Below, one piece after another: positions 56,412-64,000 of a stretch of DNA of 64,000 bases (its first letter is position 1; each line of letters begins with the position of its first letter). A program made the position numbers and the translations under genes. The stretch is from Candidatus Thorarchaeota archaeon (GTDB lineage: Archaea > Asgardarchaeota > Thorarchaeia > Thorarchaeales > Thorarchaeaceae): contig JAWOEX010000035.1 of assembly GCA_046482545.1 (NCBI GenBank), positions 160,001 to 224,000 of the forward strand, in the 5' to 3' direction. The notes under the pieces were generated by a model that had not been told where the DNA came from, did not search any database, and worked only from the letters and a program-made list of their open reading frames with translations.

Positions 56412-56942
56412 TTACTTCTTCAGAGTCACTTCACCAATCTGACGGACCCTCTCATCCATCTTATGCTCTTCAATTATCTCAACGACCGCGTCTGGAACAA
56501 ATGACTTCCATTCTGGATTCCCTTGACGCATGAGCCTCCGGATATGCTTACCGCTATACTCTGACCGATTCAGTAACTCAGTCGTACCCACTGTAATATC
56601 TGCATCTCTAAGAAGACTTCGAACAATCGGATTATGGCTATACACCTTTTCGAAATACGGGACTAGCGAACTCAGATGAGCCACCCATAGCGGATGGATG
56701 TGTATGTCTGGTACTGGTATGATGTCAATGGTATCCATTGACAGATTTTCATCGAGTAGAGCACATCTTATTTGCATAACTCGTTCTCCACCCGAAAACG
56801 GATTGCTTGGAGTATGAGAGTACTGCGCCGAACCGATTGCAACTACCAATTCCTCATCTCGGTCGAGAATCTGGCTTATTGAATGGAGATGCCCATTGTG
56901 AATGGGTTGGAATCTACCGACAAATACGGATCTCAATCTCAT
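56412..56942 (-). CDS. nadM: Nicotinamide-nucleotide adenylyltransferase
   Basis: VGRFQPIHNGHL, IGSAQ.SH...NPFS.GER, SG..IR, W...VP. Confidence 0.93.
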   Translation of the reverse strand: MRLRSVFVGRFQPIHNGHLHSISQILDRDEELVVAIGSAQYSHTPSNPFSGGERVMQIRCALLDENLSMDTIDIIPVPDIHIHPLWVAHLSSLVPYFEKVYSHNPIVRSLLRDADITVGTTELLNRSEYSGKHIRRLMRQGNPEWKSFVPDAVVEIIEEHKMDERVRQIGEVTLKK

Positions 56943-57071
56943 CACTGATTCCGAGCTTACTATTCTGTAATTAAGCATTTGGCAAAGGATTTGATTGGAC
57001 CGATCTACCGTACTTGTGAAAGCGAAAAAATTAATCCGAGAAGACCCTTGAAAAAACAAGGTTGGAATTCG

Positions 57072-58139
57072 ATGATTGAAATCGATGGCTCTTATGGCGA
57101 GGGTGGCGGTCAAATTCTTCGTACGGCAATATCGCTCTCTGCAGTTACGATGGAACCAGTTCGGGTTGTAAACATCCGAGCAGGGCGGCCTACACCAGGC
57201 CTCAAGAATCAGCATATTGCAGGAATTGAAGTTACTGGGCGGCTGGTAAATGCAGAAATCAAGGGCTTGAGAATTGGCAGCACCACAATCGAGTTTCATC
57301 CTGTAGAAAGACGAGGGGGACGAATCAGTTATGATATTGGTACCGCGGGAGCCATATCACTTGCCCTCCAGGCCGCACTCCTTCCGGCAGTCCTTTCACC
57401 AGACCAATCATACATTGAGATAACTGGAGGTACTGATGTCCTCTGGAGTCCGCCTATCGATTACATGAAGCATGTCTTTGATTTCATGTTACAGAAAATG
57501 GGCCCAAAAATAGAGATAACCCAGCATCGAAGAGGGCACTATCCACGAGGTGGTGGAAGGGTATCTTGTGGCATAAAATCTGTAAATGAAATCCATAGTA
57601 TTGATCTTGTCGAATTTGGTGAAATTCTGGAGGTAGTAGGGATTTCTCATTGTGCAAGATTACCGGCGCACGTTGCCCACCGCCAAGCAGACGCAGCAGA
57701 ATCGTATCTCAGGGGAAAGGGCCTTGAAAACATCAACATTGAGAGAGAGTACTGGTCCAAGGAAGACGATCCGCATCTCGGTGCCGGTAGTGGAATCGTC
57801 ATCTGGGCCGAATCCAACCGTGGTGTGAGAATCGGTGGCGATAGTCTAGGCAAGAAAGGGAAGCCGGCAGAGAAAGTCGGAAGAGAGGCGGCAATACAGC
57901 TCGTAAGTGAATTGTCGACTGGAAAGGCTGTTGATTCGCATCTTTGCGATATGCTAGTTCCCTACATGGCTGTTGCGCAAGGCAAAAGCAGTATTGGAGT
58001 CACAAAAATAACCTCTCATCTCGAGACAAATATCTGGGTTGCGGAAGAGATGCTTGGTATTGAAACCCAATTGGAGGGAGAATCCGGAAAACCTGGGAGA
58101 TTAACCCTCAAAGGAACTGGTGTCACCTCTAGCAACTGA
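57072..58139 (+). CDS. rtcA: RNA 3'-terminal phosphate cyclase
   Basis: MIEIDGSYGEGGGQILRT, IRAGR..PGL..QH, GGTDV.WSP, RRGHYPRGGG, T.HL.TN. Confidence 0.96.
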   Translation: MIEIDGSYGEGGGQILRTAISLSAVTMEPVRVVNIRAGRPTPGLKNQHIAGIEVTGRLVNAEIKGLRIGSTTIEFHPVERRGGRISYDIGTAGAISLALQAALLPAVLSPDQSYIEITGGTDVLWSPPIDYMKHVFDFMLQKMGPKIEITQHRRGHYPRGGGRVSCGIKSVNEIHSIDLVEFGEILEVVGISHCARLPAHVAHRQADAAESYLRGKGLENINIEREYWSKEDDPHLGAGSGIVIWAESNRGVRIGGDSLGKKGKPAEKVGREAAIQLVSELSTGKAVDSHLCDMLVPYMAVAQGKSSIGVTKITSHLETNIWVAEEMLGIETQLEGESGKPGRLTLKGTGVTSSN

Positions 58140-59177
58140 TGCTATGAGGTCCTCAATCGATTTTTCCTGCTCGGGAATATCAGCCAGCTCAACAGCATCT
58201 TCAATTAGCTCTTCTACTCCAACGCCTTCAGTGGCTATTATTTCATAGGCATCTTCCATGCGCAATCTGACTTCCTTCAGTTTGTCTTCCGGTGTGATAT
58301 CTATCTTATTGAAAGCGACAAGTATGGGGCTTACGGGAAACATCCGCCTAACTTCAGAATATAGGTTGAATTGCTCGTCTATGCTCCAGCCACAGCTCTG
58401 TGATGGGTCTATGATGAATAATACAATGTGTGCCAAATACTTCAAAGCGGCAACTGCTTCTCGTTCAATCTTGTTACGTTCGCTCATGGGACGATCAAGA
58501 ATTCCTGGTGTATCTACAATCTGAACTGAAGAACCACGTACACGGAGATGACCAAGAATAACTTGCTTGGTCGTAAATGGATAGTACGCAATTTCAGGTT
58601 CAGCTGAAGATACCGCTTTCACAAGAGTGGATTTGCCAACATTTGGAAAACCCGCACATACAATAGTGGGTGAATTTGGCAATATCCCCGGCAATCTCGC
58701 AAGGTCTCTCTTAGCCTCAATGATGAAATCTAGATTCGAGGCTGTACTTCTCAGTACTGACGCTATCCTTCCCTTGGCTGCACTCCTACTCCGTTTCATC
58801 TTGCGATAGTCATTTGCAAGCTTCAATGCTTCAAGATGATTTTTGGCTATCTGATCTATGGTTGGAATGCAATTATAGACCGCACCTAGGGCTTTTTTCA
58901 ACTCGTCAGTTCCGACTATAATGTCTGCCAGCTCACGATAGAACGGATGAAGTTGGTCAAGAGATGGGAAGCCCTCTACCACGGCTTTTAGCTTCGTTTT
59001 GACTTGTTTAGTGAACTCTTTAAGGCGCGCTATCTCTCTTATACGGGTTCTTTCTCTTCTCCGCATCTTCAGTGAGCCTTTCCGTGAAATCTTCATAGAA
59101 CGATTATGCGCAAACTCTATGATTTCCTCAGCGGTCATTATCGACGGGATATTGTGGAAGGGGTTGAGCTTCTTCAT
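58101..59177 (-). CDS. NOG1-family GTPase
   Basis: FP.LDQLHPFYREL, GFPNVGKS, PEIA.YPFTT, DTPGILDRP..ERN.IE, NKID. Confidence 0.92.
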   Translation of the reverse strand: MKKLNPFHNIPSIMTAEEIIEFAHNRSMKISRKGSLKMRRRERTRIREIARLKEFTKQVKTKLKAVVEGFPSLDQLHPFYRELADIIVGTDELKKALGAVYNCIPTIDQIAKNHLEALKLANDYRKMKRSRSAAKGRIASVLRSTASNLDFIIEAKRDLARLPGILPNSPTIVCAGFPNVGKSTLVKAVSSAEPEIAYYPFTTKQVILGHLRVRGSSVQIVDTPGILDRPMSERNKIEREAVAALKYLAHIVLFIIDPSQSCGWSIDEQFNLYSEVRRMFPVSPILVAFNKIDITPEDKLKEVRLRMEDAYEIIATEGVGVEELIEDAVELADIPEQEKSIEDLIASVARGDTSSFEG

Positions 59178-59296
59178 GAATTTCACTCTCGCCTGCTGAC
59201 TCACAGAAGGACAGTTATCTGTCCATCTGAACACTTTTAAAAAGATGGGAATTGACCATACCAGAGCTCTGTTCCCTAAATAGGAGATGATATCAA

Positions 59297-59884
59297 ATGT
59301 CGCTTCCAACCGGTGCCACAGTTGTTGGCTTAAAGTGTAAAGATGGTGCAGTAATTGCTACGGATTCCCTAATTAGCTGGGGAACCATGGTCTTGACAGA
59401 TAAAGGAATCAAAACATTCAAGCTGACAGATACTATAGTGCTTGCTTCAGCAGGTCTTACCTCTGATTATCAAATGCTTGTTAACAGAATTAAGGCTCAG
59501 ATACGATTGTATGAGATGGATCAGAAAAAACCGATTACGGTGAAGGCACTGGCGAAAATGATTGCAAATACATTATACCGTAGGAAACTAAGCCCCCTCT
59601 TCGTACAGACGATTGTTGTGGGAGTTGATGATGAGCCGGCTCTCTATGCGCTTGACATGGGTGGCTCTCTCCTTGAAGAGGACTATGCTGCAACAGGAAG
59701 CGGGGTTCAGACCGCCTATGGTGTGCTTGAGAAAGAGTACAGAGAGGGCATTACCGTAAAAGAGGCTGAAGAAATTGCAGTCGATTCGGTTCGAGCTGGA
59801 ATTGAGAGAGACGTGCAGTCTGGTGGCAAGGTCCACGTTATGACTGTAACAGAAGATGGCGTAGAAGAGCGCGTTGTAGAATAA
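59297..59884 (+). CDS. psmB: Proteasome beta subunit lacking the canonical catalytic Thr1
   Basis: PTGATVVGL...DG.V.ATD, AG..SD.Q, ATGSG, RD..SGG. Confidence 0.9.
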   Translation: MSLPTGATVVGLKCKDGAVIATDSLISWGTMVLTDKGIKTFKLTDTIVLASAGLTSDYQMLVNRIKAQIRLYEMDQKKPITVKALAKMIANTLYRRKLSPLFVQTIVVGVDDEPALYALDMGGSLLEEDYAATGSGVQTAYGVLEKEYREGITVKEAEEIAVDSVRAGIERDVQSGGKVHVMTVTEDGVEERVVE

Positions 59885-59895
59885 AGTGCGTGTAG

Positions 59896-61146
59896 GTGTT
59901 GTCGCCAGCTACATTGGTCTTCAGATTTCATAAGAATACTAGGTATAGCATAGCAGCCCTGTTGGGAGCAGTAGAAAACGATTCTCGACTACAGCATCTC
60001 CAATTGACAGCACCACCTGAACTTGACCTGGACTCTATTTCTAAGGTAAACAAAGATGGATTGGTAGTCATTGCCTATTCTATACTGAGTACTGACACGA
60101 CGAGAGTGAGAAAAGAGGTTCAGCTAGTTAGAAAACACTTTGGCAACTCTGTTATCTTGATTGCAGGAGGTGCGCATACATCTGCAAGACCAATAGAAGT
60201 CCTGCAATATGGGTTCGATTTTGTAGTTATTGGCGAAGGAGAGAAAGCTCTCTGCGATCTCCTTGATTGCGTGATTCACGAGAAGGAACCAAATGGCATT
60301 CCGGGGGTTGTTTCTGGCGAAATTGATAATCCACCAGCACCGAAGAATCTTCCCACAGTAGATCTTGATGAATATCCGCCCTTTGCAGTGAAGATGAATG
60401 TAGTAGGCCCCATTGAAGTAACGCGCGGCTGTCCATATCGGTGTAAATTCTGTAGCACACCTTTCTTGAGTGGTGGGCGAGTTCGGCACAGATCGATAGA
60501 GACCATAATCAAATGGCTACAGAAGGCTGTTACTCAGCGAGGATTTAGTCGCACATGGTTTTTATCACCGAATGCACTGTGTTATGGCGGACCCGGTCGT
60601 CGGCCTGCCCCGGAAAAACTCGAGGCTCTTCTTCAAAAATCCACCGCCATTGATGGGCTTGAAGAGGTTTATTTCGGCTCCTTCCCGTCGGAGGTACGGC
60701 CTGAGTTCGTCGATTCAGATATCCTAACGATGATGCGGAAGTACGTCGCAAGTGAAACTCTGCAAATCGGCCTACAGTCTGGCAGTAATGAAGTACTACG
60801 GATAAGCAATAGACAGCATACAGTCTCCGAAGGCATGAGCGCCATTCGGACCGCTCTTGATTGTGGTTTTGTCCCTCATGTAGACATGATTTTTGGGCTG
60901 CCTGGTGAAAGCCAAGATGATGCACGTAGAAGCCTTGAGACATGCCATACAATCGTAAATATGGGCGGAAAAATACATGCTCACGTTTTCATGCCGTTGC
61001 CGGGTAGTGAGTTTGAATACATGTCTCCAGGCAAATTGGATTCGCACATCAGAGCTGAACTGGGAGAGCTTGCCCGAAAAGGTGTGCTTACTGGCTCTTG
61101 GTATCAGCAAGAACAGATTGCACAACGCCTTGCAAGCTCAGACTAG
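59896..61146 (+). CDS. B12-binding domain radical SAM protein
   Basis: GGAH, GEGE, IEVTRGCPYRCKFC, GSFPSEVRPE, GLQSGS, DMIFGLPGE, FMPLPG. Confidence 0.88.
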   Translation: MLSPATLVFRFHKNTRYSIAALLGAVENDSRLQHLQLTAPPELDLDSISKVNKDGLVVIAYSILSTDTTRVRKEVQLVRKHFGNSVILIAGGAHTSARPIEVLQYGFDFVVIGEGEKALCDLLDCVIHEKEPNGIPGVVSGEIDNPPAPKNLPTVDLDEYPPFAVKMNVVGPIEVTRGCPYRCKFCSTPFLSGGRVRHRSIETIIKWLQKAVTQRGFSRTWFLSPNALCYGGPGRRPAPEKLEALLQKSTAIDGLEEVYFGSFPSEVRPEFVDSDILTMMRKYVASETLQIGLQSGSNEVLRISNRQHTVSEGMSAIRTALDCGFVPHVDMIFGLPGESQDDARRSLETCHTIVNMGGKIHAHVFMPLPGSEFEYMSPGKLDSHIRAELGELARKGVLTGSWYQQEQIAQRLASSD

Positions 61147-61238
61147 TTATGTGTTCCAGAATAGCATATTGGAAATACCCGCCAAGACTATTAGTCAAGG
61201 CTGATAAGCAGGGCCTATATAGCTGAATCGAATCAGAA

Positions 61239-62204
61239 TTGACTTCCGGAATGCCAAAGCAGCTTCGTGCAAAACTCAACCGCCAAGGTTATCATCTATT
61301 AGGCGAGAGAGGGGCTTTCAAAGCCTGCCAATGGCAACAGAAAAGCTTGCTTTATGGAGACCACTGCTATAAACAGAGATTCTATGGGATTGAGAGCCAT
61401 AGGTGCCTACAAATGACTCCAGTGGTTGACAAGTGTACTCAGAACTGTCAATTCTGCTGGCGTGTTACACCCGATGATGTAGGTGTAAATTGGGATCAAA
61501 TCACGGTGGAGAAATCGGCTGTCTTAGATGCTGCCAAGCTCCTTGACGATACACAAATGGCGAATTTGCGCTCACTTGGTGGATATAATCCTGAGGCAGG
61601 AGCTGATGTACCCCAGAAGATGTATGATGAAGCACGCAATCCGAAGCATGTAGCAATCTCCTTGGCAGGAGAGCCAACATTGTACCCCTATCTTGGCGAA
61701 TTCATAGAGGAAGTAAATCGCAGAGGCATGACATCATTTCTAGTAACAAACGGGACGATGCCTGAAGTATTACGGAAAATCACGCCCCCAACTCAGCTCT
61801 ATATCACATTGGCAGCTCCGAATGAAGAAACCTACAGACGATTATGTCATCCAAGCATTAGCGATGGCTGGCAAAGGCTGAAGCAGTCACAAGAGCTCCT
61901 GCAGTCCCTAGAATGCCGAACTGTAAATAGGTTGACTATGGTATCTGAACGCAATATGCATCATCCACGTTCGTATGCAGACCTCATCATCAGTGGTGAG
62001 CCCGACTTTGTTGAGCTCAAAGGGTATATGCACCTAGGCGCTTCAAGAAGGCGGTTGAGTAAGAGAAACTCTCCTTCGCACCAAGACATCGAGTCTTTCG
62101 CAGAGAAAATCGCAGCACTTACTGGTTACTATCTAGTTGATGAACAAGTTGAAAGTAGAGTTATTCTATTATCGCGCCGCAAACAAATTAAAAAAATAGA
62201 ATGA
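61239..62204 (+). CDS. taw1: 4-demethylwyosine synthase TYW1/Taw1
   Basis: K.C.W, CYKQRFYGI.SHRC.QMTP, CTQNCQFCWR, HVAISL.GEPTLY, PTQLY, E.KGYM..G.SR. Confidence 0.95.
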   Translation: MTSGMPKQLRAKLNRQGYHLLGERGAFKACQWQQKSLLYGDHCYKQRFYGIESHRCLQMTPVVDKCTQNCQFCWRVTPDDVGVNWDQITVEKSAVLDAAKLLDDTQMANLRSLGGYNPEAGADVPQKMYDEARNPKHVAISLAGEPTLYPYLGEFIEEVNRRGMTSFLVTNGTMPEVLRKITPPTQLYITLAAPNEETYRRLCHPSISDGWQRLKQSQELLQSLECRTVNRLTMVSERNMHHPRSYADLIISGEPDFVELKGYMHLGASRRRLSKRNSPSHQDIESFAEKIAALTGYYLVDEQVESRVILLSRRKQIKKIE

Positions 62205-62222
62205 GATTTGAGATGATTTGAG

Positions 62223-62858
62223 ATGAGTTTAGAGCCGATACTTGAACCGATATTGGAAGAAATTGAATCTGATGACACGATTCGCGAAAAAGCGCTCCCG
62301 CTTTCACGAAAAGCAGTTAGAACATGTAGTCAATCCATAAAGGCATCTCATAGAGGAGACTTCGAAAAAGCGGAGTCATTGCTTCAGGAAGCCCATACAA
62401 TCATCGAAGAAGGGAAGCAAATAATGTCAAAGAGTGACTACATCTCAAAATCGAATATTATGAGACAGGCTCATCAAGAATTGGCTGAAGCAGCTAATGT
62501 CCTCTCTCTTCTCAAAGACGGAACCTACACCCCTCCCGAAAAATACAATATCGAGTTACGGAGCTACCTGACCGGGTTAGGGGACACTGTTGGTGAACTC
62601 AGGCGGGCAATTCTGGATTCGCTTCGAGAAGACGAAGTTGACTATGCTGAGAGTCTTTTGGAATTCATGGAAGAAATTCTTGAGGAATTGAATGGATTCG
62701 ATTTTCCGAATGCTCTGATACCCAACCTACGGCACAAATGTGATGTTGCAAGGTCCTTGATTGAAAAAACAAGGGGCGATATCACAAGTGCGGTGCGACA
62801 GAAGATGATTGTTGATGAACTTTCGGATTTTAGGGAGTGGATGGGCAACGAGAAGTGA
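62223..62858 (+). CDS. Translin/TRAX (C3PO)-family RNase
   Basis: REKAL..SR, SI...HRG, QELAEA, YLTGLGDTVGELRR, LRHK.D..R. Confidence 0.88.
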   Translation: MSLEPILEPILEEIESDDTIREKALPLSRKAVRTCSQSIKASHRGDFEKAESLLQEAHTIIEEGKQIMSKSDYISKSNIMRQAHQELAEAANVLSLLKDGTYTPPEKYNIELRSYLTGLGDTVGELRRAILDSLREDEVDYAESLLEFMEEILEELNGFDFPNALIPNLRHKCDVARSLIEKTRGDITSAVRQKMIVDELSDFREWMGNEK

Positions 62859-62871
62859 CATCATTGATCGA

Positions 62872-63510
62872 ATGATAGAAGAGGCAGGGAAAGAACAAGA
62901 AGAGATGGCCAAACAAGTTCGAAGAGATGACATCCCACCATTTGATGAAGAAGGGCTTGTGACTGGGGTTGACGTTTCTTATGTCGATGAAAAAGCAATT
63001 GGAGCAGCTGTAACCATAGATTTGTCCAAAAACAAAACCATAAGAAAAAGAACGTTGGTCATTCCGTGCGAATTTCCGTATGTCTCTGGTTATTTCCATC
63101 TTCGGGAAAGCCCTGTCTTGATATCATTACTCAATGAACTTGGTGAAACTGGCCCGATTCTCATTGATGCAAATGGAATCTTACATCAGCGGTGTTGTGG
63201 TTTAGCTTCCTATGTAGGAATCAAAAGCAATAGACAGACTATAGGAGTAGCCAAGAGTCTCCTATTAGGAGACATCGGGCCCCGTCGAGGGGATATTGCA
63301 TTGATAACAGATGCTGAAGAAACTGTTGGTGCTACTCTTTGGCTAGGAAAAGAGAATCCCCTTTATGTTTCCATAGGGCACAGAATAACACTTGAAACGG
63401 CAATAGAAATAGTTAACAGAGTAGCAAAGTCAGGCAGACCCGAACCTATAGTAAAAGCGGACCATGAATCTCGTAGGGTGGCTGAAGGCGTTAAGGAGAC
63501 GATAATATGA
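62872..63510 (+). CDS. nfi: Endonuclease V
   Basis: GVDVSY, FPYVSGYF.LRE, IDANGILH.R..GLAS, IGVAKS, PLYVS.GH, PEP...AD; start uncertain. Confidence 0.9.
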   Translation: MIEEAGKEQEEMAKQVRRDDIPPFDEEGLVTGVDVSYVDEKAIGAAVTIDLSKNKTIRKRTLVIPCEFPYVSGYFHLRESPVLISLLNELGETGPILIDANGILHQRCCGLASYVGIKSNRQTIGVAKSLLLGDIGPRRGDIALITDAEETVGATLWLGKENPLYVSIGHRITLETAIEIVNRVAKSGRPEPIVKADHESRRVAEGVKETII

Positions 63511-64000
63511 TTTCGCCGGACAATTGGTTCACACTCTACACATTGGCAAAAGATGGAGCCATTCACAGGAGATGCAATATTACAACAAGTGAACTGGGCG
63601 AAAGACTTGATGTAAGCCAACAAACTGCTTCGAGGAGACTGACATCCTGTGTTGAAGAGGGTCTTATTGAAAGAAGCCATACTGCTAATGGGATGCTAGT
63701 GAAGATAACTGAACGCGGAAAAAAACAACTTATCGATATACTGAATGGGCTGGAAGTGGCGTTTGCACCACCATCTGAAGATATTATCATAAGAGGTGAG
63801 ATAGTAGATGGGATTGGTGAGGGGGCATATTACGTTGATATGTATTCAAAACGATTCAAAGAGGCATTAGGTTTTGAACCATATTCCGGAACGTTGAACG
63901 TGAGAGTAACCGATGAGACATCACGTCAATCGATAAAACGAATGAAACACAGTACGCCCTTGGTTGTCCCTGGATTCAGCCACAAGGAACGCACATTTGG
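63507..64000 (+). CDS. ribK: CTP-dependent riboflavin kinase with N-terminal wHTH (RbkR type), partial; not in the ORF track
   Basis: ELG..LDVSQQTASRRL, ITE.G, GEIVDGIGEGAYYV, LGFEPYSGTLNV. Confidence 0.88.
   Translation, partial: MISPDNWFTLYTLAKDGAIHRRCNITTSELGERLDVSQQTASRRLTSCVEEGLIERSHTANGMLVKITERGKKQLIDILNGLEVAFAPPSEDIIIRGEIVDGIGEGAYYVDMYSKRFKEALGFEPYSGTLNVRVTDETSRQSIKRMKHSTPLVVPGFSHKERTF

Noticed and set aside
1-64000. CRISPR arrays, rRNA, transposases, defence systems
   Set aside because: No regularly spaced repeats or matching motifs seen by eye; nearly all sequence is explained by housekeeping genes

Overview
This is archaeal core-genome DNA, most likely from an Asgard archaeon (Thorarchaeia-like). 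That assignment is an inference from PolD together with Elf1, RPA, a eukaryote-like STT3/AglB, an OSTC/DC2-like protein, PAC4-, Vps29- and SWS1-like proteins and an Arf-like GTPase. The window is gene-dense housekeeping DNA covering translation, transcription, replication and repair, ether-lipid synthesis (EgsA, CarS, archaeal-type mevalonate genes), folate/C1 metabolism and RNA processing. I saw no transposase, integrase, CRISPR array or rRNA. Several features are absent from the ORF track: an SRP RNA with a non-canonical helix 8; four tRNAs carrying six introns with bulge-helix-bulge-type (BHB) splice sites (a three-intron tRNA-Lys, a two-intron tRNA-Ser, a D-loop-intron tRNA-Pro); a K-turn covering the rpl7ae ribosome-binding site; Nop10; a probable CTG start for topA; and a 33-aa single-helix ORF with the residue pattern of eukaryotic OST4. 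The best candidate for a new system is a dispersed, eukaryote OST-A-like oligosaccharyltransferase/translocon set: STT3-like AglB with a DOMON-like tail, OSTC/DC2, a putative OST4, a WBP1/GIFT-like membrane protein ending in KKxx, Sec61beta and SRP RNA. All family calls come from motif recognition by eye; no database searches were run.
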